A stretch of DNA of 64,000 nt from an uncultured Candidatus Bathyarchaeia archaeon (GTDB lineage: Archaea; Thermoproteota; Bathyarchaeia; 40CM-2-53-6). Shown one piece after another: positions 40,575 through 50,922 of this stretch; position 1 is the first letter of the stretch, and each line of letters begins with the position of its first letter. The position numbers and the translations under genes are program-made. The notes below the pieces were generated by a model that was not told where the DNA came from, did no database searches, and saw nothing but the letters and a program-made list of their open reading frames with translations. The stretch covers positions 55,210 through 119,209 of the forward strand of contig CAYMZN010000001.1 in assembly GCA_964394935.1 (NCBI GenBank), read 5' to 3'.

Positions 40575-41408
40575 TCAGAAGCTGAGACTTGGTGACCAAT
40601 TCTTCTTCCCAGCCTTCTCCCGATCCAAGTCCCATCTGCTGAGGATACGAACGGCTTCAACAGCGACCTTGCACGCGTCCTCTTCGCCTTTGACCTCAAA
40701 TGTGTCAGTGGCTCGATTAGCGTAGACCGCAAGGACGCAGCCGCTTCGGAATCCATAGATACCCGTCAGAGTGAAGATCGTCGACGCTTCCATTTCCATT
40801 GTGATAATACGTTGTCTTCGAAGTCGCTCGACGAGCCTTTCAGCATGCGGGGGAAGGTATCCCTCAACCCCTGGACGACCTTGGCCCACGTAGAAGCTGT
40901 CAGTGGACGCTGTATATCCCACACGATACTTCTTCCCAAACTTCTCTGCCGCCTCGATCAATGCGAGGGTTACGTCGTAGCTTGCAGCGGCCGGGTACTC
41001 GGCCGGGACATATTGCTTGCTGGTGCCGTCAAGTCGAAAGGCGGCTGTTGATATGGCAATGTCTCCACATTCCAGATCTGGTATCAGCGAGCCACAGGAA
41101 CCGACTCGAATGAAGGTGTCTGCGCCGATCCTGCTCAACTCTTCAACCGCAATGGCCGTAGCTGGGCAACCTATGCCTGTGGAACATGCGGACACCATCG
41201 TTTGGCCTATCGTTCCGGACCAGATCTTGTACTCTCTGTGCGAAGATACTTCATGGGCCGAATCCCAAAACTTGGCTATCTTCGGCACACGGTCTGGATC
41301 ACCCGGAAGGAACACATAACTGCCGACTTCCCCCCTCTTTGCCGAGACGTGATACTGGATCCCTCCCTTGGACTCAGGTCGGACAGCAGAGACTAGTCTA
41401 CCGCTCAC
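40575..41408 (-). CDS. udp: Uridine phosphorylase
   Basis: LPGDPDRV, STGIGCP, RVGSCGS, DSFYVGQGR, MEMEAS; start uncertain. Confidence 0.88.
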   Translation of the reverse strand: MSGRLVSAVRPESKGGIQYHVSAKRGEVGSYVFLPGDPDRVPKIAKFWDSAHEVSSHREYKIWSGTIGQTMVSACSTGIGCPATAIAVEELSRIGADTFIRVGSCGSLIPDLECGDIAISTAAFRLDGTSKQYVPAEYPAAASYDVTLALIEAAEKFGKKYRVGYTASTDSFYVGQGRPGVEGYLPPHAERLVERLRRQRIITMEMEASTIFTLTGIYGFRSGCVLAVYANRATDTFEVKGEEDACKVAVEAVRILSRWDLDREKAGKKNWSPSLSF

Positions 41409-41592
41409 TCTTCCCGCCTCAATATCGGTCGAACTGCACAGGATAAAAGCGTTCGTCGAGTGGTAGCAGGGTTTGGACTTCGTGGTCACGCGTCCAAAGA
41501 TCCGAAGTGACATGCCAGAATTCTGTAGCTTGCTAAAGGCGAACGCCCGAACTAGTGCAATTTTTTAAAGTAATCGATGCATATCGTGCGGC

Positions 41593-43857
41593 ATGCTTCG
41601 TTCTGTTGAGAAGCTAGGCGCCACCATCTTCGATGCCGCCTCTGCTCCACTACGCCTGCAGATCCTTCGTCTCCTCTCTACGAAGGGCGCTTTGCCATAT
41701 ACGGAGATCATGTCATCGCTCAAGTTGGATCCAGTTCGTGACGCCGGGAAGTTCGTCTACCACCTTCGGAGTCTCACCGAGGTAGGCCTGATTAGCTCGG
41801 AAAAACGCACGAAGAAATATGAGATCACCGAACTTGGCGAAATGGTAGTACATTTCGCAAGAGACCTCGAAGAATATGTCGGTGTAAAACGCGGAAAACT
41901 GTTCGTCAGGACGTCCCGGCTTGCGATCGAAGACTTCCACAGGAGCAAGATCGCAAGATCCCTAGTCGTTGAGGCGGGTGTTCCTCAGGAACTTGCAGAT
42001 GAAATAGCCGCCGAGGCAGAAGACCGGCTGATCAAGCTCAGGACCTCCTATCTGACAGCGGCGTTGATTCGTGAGTTCGTCAATGCTATCCTCATCGAGA
42101 AGAAGCTCGAAGAATACAGGCATAAGCTGACACGCGTTGGCATGCCGGTTTACGATGTGACGCAACTTCTCCGCACCACAGGTGAACTCGGCTTGGCAAC
42201 TGACTACGTTCAGAAATCCGCGGGAGCTTCCGTGCTTGGGGAATATGTTTTGCTGGAGTGCCTGCCCCGCGAGATAGCTGATGCCCACATCTCAGGACAA
42301 ATCCACATATGCGATCTCGACAGCTGGCCTCTCAAGCCGACCGAGGTACAGCATGATCTCCGATATTTCCTGAAGAACGGGCTCGTTGGTTTCAAACCGC
42401 CCCAAAGCTTCAACGCTGCACTGACGATGATTCAGAACATCTACCGTCTAGGAAAGGCTGAGGTTTCCGGAGAACAGGGCTTCGATCTCTTCAATGTCTT
42501 TCTGGCACCATATGTCGAGGACACACCTGAGGACACAATCAGAGAGTCACTGGAACTCTTCCTTTCGTCCGTCGCGCAGGATTCTCCGGGAGGCGTCGGT
42601 CAACCTGGACTTTCCATCGGCCTCGAATACGTCGTCCCTGAGTTCTTGGAGAATGTGGAGGCAGTTGGGCCAGGAGGAAGAACGATTGGAGTCTACGGTG
42701 ACTATCGTGAAGAGGCTGGGATAGTCCTGGACGCTCTACTGGAAGCAACTTCACAAGAGGCGCAGATCAACCCGTTGGCCAACCCCCGGCTCATCTTCAA
42801 ACTTCGAGACTCGGTCGAGAAGAACGATGAGGCCCGATGTCATGTCCTGAAGACTCATGAGTTGGCCGCGTCTAGGAGACTGCCGTATATAGCACTGCTT
42901 CGAGATGGCTCACGAGACTGCTACACGGCGACCGGCCTAAGGCTTTCGGACGATTGGAGCAAGCAGTGGGAATCGGACTGCTATAGGACAGGCTCCATGG
43001 CAACGATCTTTCTCAATCTACCGCGGCTGGCCTATGAAGCGCGGAAAGATGAGGATAGGTTGTTCAAGCTGATGAGCGACACAGTTGGATTGACGCTCGA
43101 AGCCTTCAAGATGAAGAGAAAGTTCATGATCGATAGGCTGAAGCAACCTATTCTGCCGCTGCTCTTTGGGTCCGGACAAGGGACGCCCTACTTCCGCGAG
43201 AAAATGGCTGCCTACTCAATAGCGCTTCTTGGGCTGAACGAGGCTTGCCTCGCACATACGGGAAGCGAGTTGAGAAAGGACTCGCTAGCTTTTGGAGAGA
43301 GGATTCTTCAGGAGCTGAAGAAGCAAAGCGAGGCAGCGTCAGAGAGCCTAGGAATGCGTTTTATTGTATCCGAACGACCAGGCGATGATGCAACCTCAAG
43401 ACTTGCAGAGCTTGACGTGGAGCAATATGGCAAGAGCACAGTCGCTGCCCAAGGTGGACGGAATTACCCATTCTACACGGATTTGCCGACTGTACCTTTG
43501 ACCTCAAAGATTCCACTCAACGAGAGACTTGCGATCGAAGGAATGCTGCAGACCGCGATCCTAGGCGGCCACTTGGCTATGATTTCTGTGGACTCCAAAA
43601 CTAGCGCGGAGGCTCTGCTGGCTCTGACGCATGACGCATCGTCAAGCGGGCTCAGGTTCATCACGTATTCTGGGGTCTATTCGTTCTGCAAGAACTGCAA
43701 TCGAATCATCGATGGTTTGGTTTCGAGTTGCAGTTCATGCGGGTCGGACAACGTTACACAGTACGGGCGTTCATCGTCCACTTACATTCCACTCGCGTTG
43801 TGGCCGGAAGGGAAGAGGCGAGCGATCGAGAAGAGAGCCGTATACTCACTGTCCTAG
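41593..43857 (+). CDS. wHTH + ATP-cone + class III ribonucleotide reductase (NrdD)-like protein, catalytic residues apparently lost
   Basis: N-terminal ArsR-like HTH, ATP cone LTAALIREFVN, AHISGQIHICDL, NLPRLA, CKNC/CSSC Zn site; RSSSTY in place of the RxxGY glycyl-radical motif. Confidence 0.8.
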   Translation: MLRSVEKLGATIFDAASAPLRLQILRLLSTKGALPYTEIMSSLKLDPVRDAGKFVYHLRSLTEVGLISSEKRTKKYEITELGEMVVHFARDLEEYVGVKRGKLFVRTSRLAIEDFHRSKIARSLVVEAGVPQELADEIAAEAEDRLIKLRTSYLTAALIREFVNAILIEKKLEEYRHKLTRVGMPVYDVTQLLRTTGELGLATDYVQKSAGASVLGEYVLLECLPREIADAHISGQIHICDLDSWPLKPTEVQHDLRYFLKNGLVGFKPPQSFNAALTMIQNIYRLGKAEVSGEQGFDLFNVFLAPYVEDTPEDTIRESLELFLSSVAQDSPGGVGQPGLSIGLEYVVPEFLENVEAVGPGGRTIGVYGDYREEAGIVLDALLEATSQEAQINPLANPRLIFKLRDSVEKNDEARCHVLKTHELAASRRLPYIALLRDGSRDCYTATGLRLSDDWSKQWESDCYRTGSMATIFLNLPRLAYEARKDEDRLFKLMSDTVGLTLEAFKMKRKFMIDRLKQPILPLLFGSGQGTPYFREKMAAYSIALLGLNEACLAHTGSELRKDSLAFGERILQELKKQSEAASESLGMRFIVSERPGDDATSRLAELDVEQYGKSTVAAQGGRNYPFYTDLPTVPLTSKIPLNERLAIEGMLQTAILGGHLAMISVDSKTSAEALLALTHDASSSGLRFITYSGVYSFCKNCNRIIDGLVSSCSSCGSDNVTQYGRSSSTYIPLALWPEGKRRAIEKRAVYSLS

Positions 43858-43922
43858 CCAATTTCTCAATGCTGTCGCAGTAGACTCGGCTTTGGCTGGG
43901 GCCCAATACTCGTCTGATTTGA

Positions 43923-44915
43923 TCATTCCCTCACGTAGGGTCTGCCTAGCGCGCGCGGGAATTTCTTTCCGCCGATCGCAGCAACGAGGATTAAGAGCGT
44001 GACGGCGTATGGCATCATCTGGACAAAGTAGAAAGGAACTATCTCCTTCACCCCTGGAGAGACCACGACCGTGTATGCAACACCCTCTGAGAAGCCGAAT
44101 ATGAAGGCGGCGACCAGCGCCAGCAACGGGTCGAGACCTGCGAAGACTACGGCTGCAAGGGCTATGAAACCTCTGCCCGCGGAGATCTCCTTGACCACTC
44201 CGCCGAACCAGGCCAGCGGCATGAAGGCCCCACCTAACCCAGCAAGCGCCCCGCCAGCAACGCACATATAGAGCCTGATGCGCCAAACGCTTACGCCCGC
44301 GACATCGACCGCCATGGGGTTCTCACCAGCAGCCCGTATCCTTACTCCCAGCAGAGTCCTGCGTAGAAGAAGATAGGCGAGGATAGCGATGACAATCGCG
44401 GCGATCGTTACTGGACTAAGGCTGAAGTATACGTCCCCTGACCTGAACTGGATGGGCTCGAACATCAATTCACGGCGGAACATGTGAATCCCGGGAAACG
44501 CCCAGATGGACATGAGTAGATATGGACCCAGTCCGAGCGCAAGTATGTTCAAGCCCATGCCAGCGATGACTTGGTTTGCCTTCCCGTAGACGCATACCAC
44601 CCCAAACATGAGACCCATCAAGGCACCAGTCGCAGACCCAAGAATCAGACCATACAGCCCGCTCCCGAAAACTTCCGCCCAGAGAACCCCGAGAACTGCG
44701 GTAACCAGGAAAATTCCTTCCATGCCAACGTTGACCGTGCCCGCTTGCTCGTTCAGACACTCGCCGACCGCGGCCAACGCCAAAGGAGTCATTGCCAACA
44801 GACCCGTCTCTATGAGGCCGGGAAGGCCGAATCCCGCCAATGAAATCATGTACATTACAGCCAGCGTTGCCACAATTCCGATCAGATACCAGAGAAGCCT
44901 ACGTACTAGTTTCAC
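43923..44915 (-). CDS. Nucleoside/sugar ABC transporter permease
   Basis: GTVNVGMEG, RAAGENP, GRGFIALAAV. Confidence 0.92.
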   Translation of the reverse strand: MKLVRRLLWYLIGIVATLAVMYMISLAGFGLPGLIETGLLAMTPLALAAVGECLNEQAGTVNVGMEGIFLVTAVLGVLWAEVFGSGLYGLILGSATGALMGLMFGVVCVYGKANQVIAGMGLNILALGLGPYLLMSIWAFPGIHMFRRELMFEPIQFRSGDVYFSLSPVTIAAIVIAILAYLLLRRTLLGVRIRAAGENPMAVDVAGVSVWRIRLYMCVAGGALAGLGGAFMPLAWFGGVVKEISAGRGFIALAAVVFAGLDPLLALVAAFIFGFSEGVAYTVVVSPGVKEIVPFYFVQMMPYAVTLLILVAAIGGKKFPRALGRPYVRE

Positions 44916-45964
44916 GACTGACGGCGCCTTCTGACTATTGCGACTATTTCCGGCATCGCAAGCGCGATCACAATGATGCCTTGGATCGCCTCGACCATTT
45001 CGGATGCAACTCCAACATTATACTCCATATAACGACCTCCATGCGCTAGGCCCCCGTAGAATATTGCGGCTAAGATCCCGCCAATAGGATGATTTCTTCC
45101 AATCAGGGCCACTCCAATGCCGTCGAAGCCCAGATTCACCAGGTTGCCTAGAGTCGCGTAGAGAGTCCAAGAGGGAGGACGCCCCAGAACCTGACTCGCG
45201 CCTGCCAATCCGGCTGCTAGGCCGCCTACCAGGAAACTCACCAGAATAGCTCGGCTGCTACTGGCTCCTGCATACTTGGCTGCTTCAGGGTTGTCTCCGA
45301 CGAGTCTGAGCTCAAAACCTACCCCTGTGCGCCAAAGAAGAATAGCGACCGCGATGCAGAAAGCCACGATCACAAGAATGATTGCGGTCAGCGTTGCCCC
45401 TATTATTGGGTAGCGGGCCGTCGGTAGTGCGGGTATTGCCCGTTCAGCTCTCCCTGGTTCTCCGAAGTAGGTGCGTATTAGGTAGGTGACGAAATATAAG
45501 GCGATCCAGTTCAGCATGATCGTGGAGACGACCTCATGCACTCCTCTCCAGATCTTGAGAATGGCAGCAGGGAGGGCCCAAAGCGCTCCAAGACTCATGG
45601 CGACGGCTGTGGCGACTGCTGGATGCACCCCTGCTGGCAGTAGGATGGCACCGCCGACGATTGTCGCCCCTATGGCGCCAACGTACATCTGACCTTCTGC
45701 CCCTATGTTGAAAAGAGCAGCTCTCACCCCAACGGCGAAGGTGACCGCGGTCACCATGAGAGGCGTCGCGAAGGCCAAAGATTCCAGAAGCCCTCCAGCG
45801 CTTCCGAAGGCGCCGCTGAACAACGCAAAGTATGCTCGGATGGGATCGTAGCCGAAGGTCAGCATTAGGAAAGCTCCCACAACGAGCCCAATCACGACAG
45901 CCGCTCCGGATTCCGCCAGCGGACGACCCATTGCAGCTAAGCGCTTAATCATCTGGCTCCGCAA
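44912..45964 (-). CDS. Nucleoside/sugar ABC transporter permease
   Basis: FNIGAEGQ, HEVVSTIMLNW, GFDGIGVALIGRNHP. Confidence 0.92.
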   Translation of the reverse strand: MRSQMIKRLAAMGRPLAESGAAVVIGLVVGAFLMLTFGYDPIRAYFALFSGAFGSAGGLLESLAFATPLMVTAVTFAVGVRAALFNIGAEGQMYVGAIGATIVGGAILLPAGVHPAVATAVAMSLGALWALPAAILKIWRGVHEVVSTIMLNWIALYFVTYLIRTYFGEPGRAERAIPALPTARYPIIGATLTAIILVIVAFCIAVAILLWRTGVGFELRLVGDNPEAAKYAGASSSRAILVSFLVGGLAAGLAGASQVLGRPPSWTLYATLGNLVNLGFDGIGVALIGRNHPIGGILAAIFYGGLAHGGRYMEYNVGVASEMVEAIQGIIVIALAMPEIVAIVRRRRQS

Positions 45965-46046
45965 CTGGGTCTGCTAAGACATAAGCTCAAGACTTGTCTG
46001 ACATATGTTGTTGTCCAACGGTTCAAAGAAAAAGGGAAGAGAGCCA

Positions 46047-47414
46047 CTATCCCAGTGTGACTCTCCATTGCTCCACTGCTTCTTTCGACATCGCTAGTGG
46101 AACGAGGGTGGGATCGTTGCGAATCGCGTTCTGGAGTTCCGTCGCGGCATCCCAGATCCAGCTTGGGAGCGCATCTCTCATGGCTGAGACCTTAGACTTG
46201 ATTTCATCGGCAGGCATTGGAAGCACTTTCTTTCCACCAAAGCATAAGACGAAGAAGAAGCACTGTCTAGACATCTGCTCGGCGTCAACACCCATCTGAA
46301 TGAATTCATCCAGATTCGCCAGTGTGCTCGCCTGTATTCCTTCCACGGGGGTGCCCGCGACTGTGGTCCCAATTCCCAAGGTCACGAAACCCCCGCTTGC
46401 TGCTGCGACTTCTCTGAACTTGCCCTGAACAGCCAGCTGAGTAGCGAGATAGACTCCTGTGTCAACACGTTTCAGACAGCTGGTGAGTACGAAACCCGGG
46501 TTCAGCCAGTCCTGGTCGGCGTCTACTCCGATCCAGAACGGTGGGCCCGTCTGCAGACCCTTTGCTGTTGCTATCTCCTGGACAGCCTGGTTGATACCGA
46601 GGCCGAGCGGCCCGGCCACGTTGTAAACTGCAACGGCGTTTTGAGCGTACATCGCCTTCGCGGCCTCGTATCCTTTCGTAATGTCACTGAACGTGCCCGT
46701 GTAGGTCCAGAGCACCCTCTCCTTGACCGGCGTGTCTCCGATCACGGGGGCGCTCTTGCCGAACTTGTTCTGGTACCACTTGAGAGCCCAGTCCGCTCCC
46801 CACTTATAGCCGATCTCAAACTTCCAAAGCACTGGAATCTCAATACCCAAGACAACCCCAATGTGGGGATACCCAAAGTGTGCGGCAGCTAGTGCTCCGA
46901 TAGCACCGACGATCGCGCTTCCCTTGTGCTCCTCATAGCCTATGTTGATCACATTCGGCAATGACGGCGTGAAGAACGTGTCTATTCCCACGAAGTTCTG
47001 GTTAGGGTATCTGCTCCCGACGTCCTTTAGGGCATCGCTCAGTAGGAACCCCACACCCACGACGAGTATAACACCCGGGTCCTTGGCCGCGGTTTCGAGG
47101 TTCGGAACATAGTCCGCCTCTGACTTGCTGATCAGTTCGACCATCGTGACTCCAAAGTCCCTTTCGGCCTCAGCGCCACCTTTGAACGCCATGTCGTTGA
47201 ACGACAAGTCTCCTCGTCCCCCAACGTCCGACACGACTGCGATGCAACGAGAACCGCTAGGGCAGCCTGTTGGAGCCGCCATGAAGTAGTAAGCGGCTGC
47301 GCTTGCTGCGGCTACTACGACGATCACGACAATTATGATTGCCTGCATTCTCGTGATTGCTGATTCATTAGTAAGATGTCTCAGGATATTCGAACTCCTA
47401 CTCAAATTTCTCAT
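46047..47414 (-). CDS. BMP-family nucleoside ABC substrate-binding protein
   Basis: N-terminal TM anchor, DVGGRGDLSFND, IGVDADQD, LKRVD. Confidence 0.9.
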   Translation of the reverse strand: MRNLSRSSNILRHLTNESAITRMQAIIIVVIVVVAAASAAAYYFMAAPTGCPSGSRCIAVVSDVGGRGDLSFNDMAFKGGAEAERDFGVTMVELISKSEADYVPNLETAAKDPGVILVVGVGFLLSDALKDVGSRYPNQNFVGIDTFFTPSLPNVINIGYEEHKGSAIVGAIGALAAAHFGYPHIGVVLGIEIPVLWKFEIGYKWGADWALKWYQNKFGKSAPVIGDTPVKERVLWTYTGTFSDITKGYEAAKAMYAQNAVAVYNVAGPLGLGINQAVQEIATAKGLQTGPPFWIGVDADQDWLNPGFVLTSCLKRVDTGVYLATQLAVQGKFREVAAASGGFVTLGIGTTVAGTPVEGIQASTLANLDEFIQMGVDAEQMSRQCFFFVLCFGGKKVLPMPADEIKSKVSAMRDALPSWIWDAATELQNAIRNDPTLVPLAMSKEAVEQWRVTLG

Positions 47415-47514
47415 ACAACCTCCATAGGTGAAGCCTATAGCGTGATTTGAGTCCGGTCAGGTCATATTTAAGCTGAATCAGGTGCCGCAGAGGCGGGCAG
47501 ACCTGTTCGAACGC

Positions 47515-49089
47515 CTAACTCGCCACGCCTGCCATCATGAGACCGATTTCTTGCTTGTTTGTCTTACCAGATTCTGTGACTCCGACTATCTTGCCGTTGA
47601 ACATGACCGCGATTCGGTCGCTGAGCGCCATTATCTCGTCGAGATCTTCTGAAACCAATAGAACCGCGGAGCCATTCTCCCTGAGCTTCAATAAAAGTCG
47701 ATGAGTGTGCTCGATCGCTCGGAGGTCGAGCCCGTACGTTGGATGGGAAGCTATTACCAACTTTGGTTCCTTCCAGAGCTCTCTTGCGAGGATCATCCTC
47801 TGAATGTTTCCGCCCGAGAGTATTCTCGCCTCGGTCTTGTCGAGGTCGGGCGTGAGGATCTCGAACTCGGATACCAGCTTTTCGCAATGGTTCCTGATTT
47901 TGGAGACGCTGAGGAATCCGGCCTTTGAGAATGGAGGAATGCGGTAGTGTTTCATCATCAAGTTCTCCATGAGAGGGAGCCCCTCCGCGGTTCCGGTCCT
48001 CCTACGTTCCTCTGGAATGTGGCTGACGCCGAGCATTGCAATCTCTCTTGGTGAATGGTTGGTCACGTCCTGATCGAAGATCACTATCTTTCCGCTAATG
48101 GCCTTGCGTAGCCCAGTTATCGCTTCAACTAACTCAGTTTGGCCGTTTCCCGACACCCCGGCGATGCCGAGAATCTCGCCCTCGTGCACCGTGAGTGACG
48201 CGCCCCTGACCGCCTGCTCTCCCTCTCCACCGAGAACGAATAGTTCTTTGATCTCAAGCGCGACCTTACCTTTCTCTGCTGGTCGAGCTTTCGGCAGGAC
48301 GGGCACTTCAGGACCTATCATCATCCTAACGAGTTCCTGCTCATTTGTCTCCGATGTATTCTTGGTTCCAGTCAGCTTGCCCAACTTGAGTACTGTCACT
48401 CGATCGCTATTCTGCATGACGTCTTCGAGCTTGTGCGTGATGAGAACGACACCCCTCCCCTCATCGGCGAGGCCGCGCAGAATTGAGAACAACTGCTGAG
48501 ACTCGCTTGGTGTCAGCACCGATGTCGGCTCGTCAAGTATGATAACGTCGGGCTCATGGTATAGGACTTTGAGGATCTCCGCACGCTGCTGTTCTCCTAC
48601 GGATAGGTCCTCGCCCTTCGCCTTTGGGTCGACTTTGAGATTGTACTTCGTTGATAGCTCGCTTAACTTTCTCTCGACTTCGCTTATTGGGAACGAGAGG
48701 TTGTTCCTCTTGAGACCGAGGGCAACGTTTTCAGCAACCGTCAGTGGGCGGACCAGCGTGAATTCTTGGTGAACCATGGCGACGCCCAGCTTCAACGCAT
48801 CTTGCGGAGAGTTTACTGCGACTGGCTTTCCGCGAATGTAGATCCGCCCCTTCGATGCGACATAGAACCCGGAAAGGATGTTCGCGAGGACGGTTTTGCC
48901 GGCGCCGTTTTCCCCTAGTATGACGTGGACTTCGCCGGATCTTACGTCGAAGTCAACTTCGTCAAGGATCAGATGCTCCCAGACACCCGGGAACCCTTTG
49001 ACGACCTTTTCGGCTCTTAGTAGTACCTCTCCCTTTGTTAGTCTAGGATGCGCTTCGTGGAGGTGCCGTGTTCCCAGTAACGGTTGCAT
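47515..49089 (-). CDS. Nucleoside ABC transporter ATP-binding protein (two ATPase domains)
   Basis: GENGAGKT, LSVGEQQR, GVSGNGQ, LSGGNIQR; start uncertain. Confidence 0.92.
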   Translation of the reverse strand: MQPLLGTRHLHEAHPRLTKGEVLLRAEKVVKGFPGVWEHLILDEVDFDVRSGEVHVILGENGAGKTVLANILSGFYVASKGRIYIRGKPVAVNSPQDALKLGVAMVHQEFTLVRPLTVAENVALGLKRNNLSFPISEVERKLSELSTKYNLKVDPKAKGEDLSVGEQQRAEILKVLYHEPDVIILDEPTSVLTPSESQQLFSILRGLADEGRGVVLITHKLEDVMQNSDRVTVLKLGKLTGTKNTSETNEQELVRMMIGPEVPVLPKARPAEKGKVALEIKELFVLGGEGEQAVRGASLTVHEGEILGIAGVSGNGQTELVEAITGLRKAISGKIVIFDQDVTNHSPREIAMLGVSHIPEERRRTGTAEGLPLMENLMMKHYRIPPFSKAGFLSVSKIRNHCEKLVSEFEILTPDLDKTEARILSGGNIQRMILARELWKEPKLVIASHPTYGLDLRAIEHTHRLLLKLRENGSAVLLVSEDLDEIMALSDRIAVMFNGKIVGVTESGKTNKQEIGLMMAGVAS

Positions 49090-49220
49090 CCGGTGATTCT
49101 CCGACGCTGATACCGTAGCTGGAGGCTTTAGGCTTTGGGTAGAACGGCTGCACTCCGAAAATGTTGTATGCAAAATTCGAGAGCTGTGAGACAGTAGGGT
49201 TCCGGCGAGAGCTGCAACTC

Positions 49221-49502
49221 ATGAAGACTAGAGCGCATGTTATAGTTGCAGGTAAGGTTCAAGGGGTCTTCTACCGCGCGGAGACAGCCTCCAGAGCCAG
49301 GAGCCTTGATGTCACAGGCTGGGTTCGCAACCTTCCCGACGGGCGTGTCGAGGCAGTCTTCGAGGGAGAACAGAACAACGTAGAAAAGATGATCGACTTT
49401 TGCTGCCGCGGCCCCCCCAATGCCTATGTCGTTAACGTGGATGTGAAAAGGCAGGAATGGCGCGGCGAGTTCAAGAACTTCACAATAAGATACTATAGCT
49501 AG
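49221..49502 (+). CDS. acyP: Acylphosphatase
   Basis: GKVQGVFYR, GWVRNLPDGRVE. Confidence 0.93.
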   Translation: MKTRAHVIVAGKVQGVFYRAETASRARSLDVTGWVRNLPDGRVEAVFEGEQNNVEKMIDFCCRGPPNAYVVNVDVKRQEWRGEFKNFTIRYYS

Positions 49503-49735
49503 CAGTCGACCCAGAACCCCTGCTTCTTCTCTGGCAGAAGATCAGAGACAGAACTTGGCATCCAGCTTCTCGAAGCCTGGAGAGTGGTCGTCTGCAGATC
49601 CCAGTTTTCAGCGCTTGTCGCAACTGTCACTCGTGCAGATCCTGAAGGCGGCGTTTGGATAGATTTGATCGGTAGCATTCCTAAATAGCCGCTGTTCAGA
49701 ATGCAGTCTGGGAAAATCTGGAGGGCAGACAGCTC

Positions 49736-50902
49736 ATGCGCGCCGTGGTGGTTGAGTGCAAATTGCCATCGCTGCCATCACGGGCGGACGAAGCGAGAGA
49801 GATGGCAGAAAACATAGGATACGATGTGTCCGAAGTTATGATTCAGAAGCGAAAAAGCGACCATCACTCCTACCTCATAGGCCCAGGCAAGGTGGAAGAG
49901 CTCAAAGAGATCCTTGACGCAAATAAAGTTGAAACGGTAGTCTTCGCCAACACGCTGCTGAGCAGCCAGGTCTTCAAGCTTCAACAGCGCCTGGGAGGTG
50001 ACGTGCGAGTAATAGACAGGAACCTCCTGATCCTGGAAGTCTTCGACAAACGCGCGATGACTAAGGAGGCGAAGCTTCAGATCAAGCTGGCCAAGCTGAA
50101 ATACACACTGTCTTGGGGGCGCGAGTTCATCAAACTTCGTGGGATAATGGGCGAGCAGGTCGGCTGGATGGGGCCGGGTGACTACCCGTTCCAAGAATAT
50201 TACCGTGCGGCACGCAACCGTATAAGCCGCCTCGAAGCGCAGCTGAGAGACCTTGACCGCAAGAAGGAGATTACTCGAGGGAGACGACGAGAACTAGGTT
50301 TTCCGATTGTGGCACTGGCGGGATACACGCAATCCGGGAAGACGACGTTCTTCAACCGACTGACCTCCGAGCACAAGACGGTGGGGCTCGGCCCTTTCAC
50401 AACACTGTCCACGTTCGCGAGAAAGGTCAGGCTCGGAGCGTCTAAGGACATGGAATTCATATTGGTGGACTCGATTGGCTTCATAGAGGATATGCATCCT
50501 ACAATCGTCAAGGCCTTCAGTGCTACGCTAGGTGAAATCGCGCATTCCGACTTGATTTTGCTGTTCGTCGATGCAGGCGAAGAAAGTCAAATCATCGCAC
50601 GGCGTTGTTCATCCATGAACAAGATTCTACAAGAAATCGACGCGAACGGGCAAGTCATCGTGTGTGCGAACAAGATCGACCTAGTTGAGGGTGGAAAACT
50701 TGACGGGGTCCTCGCAGCGATTCGTGAGAAATTCATTGGCACTGTGGTAGTACCTATCAGCGCGCTCACTGGGGAGAATCTGAGTGAGGTACTTGCAGTT
50801 GTTGAGACGGAGATCACCAAAGTGAAGCCTACGCCAAGGCTTCCGGTCACGTCCGCTCCCACAAAGAGCGCCACAGGGTCTCAATGGGCTAGCCAACCCT
50901 AG
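49736..50902 (+). CDS. hflX: GTPase HflX
   Basis: IGPGKVEEL, IDRNLLILEVF, AGYTQSGKT, DSIGFI, NKID. Confidence 0.88.
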   Translation: MRAVVVECKLPSLPSRADEAREMAENIGYDVSEVMIQKRKSDHHSYLIGPGKVEELKEILDANKVETVVFANTLLSSQVFKLQQRLGGDVRVIDRNLLILEVFDKRAMTKEAKLQIKLAKLKYTLSWGREFIKLRGIMGEQVGWMGPGDYPFQEYYRAARNRISRLEAQLRDLDRKKEITRGRRRELGFPIVALAGYTQSGKTTFFNRLTSEHKTVGLGPFTTLSTFARKVRLGASKDMEFILVDSIGFIEDMHPTIVKAFSATLGEIAHSDLILLFVDAGEESQIIARRCSSMNKILQEIDANGQVIVCANKIDLVEGGKLDGVLAAIREKFIGTVVVPISALTGENLSEVLAVVETEITKVKPTPRLPVTSAPTKSATGSQWASQP

Positions 50903-50922
50903 AGGGAGCACTTGGTAGGTAC

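Noticed and set aside
46236..46268. BMP insert as a second mRNA intron
   Set aside because: No 4-bp central helix at the boundaries I tried, and the insert is in frame with no stop.
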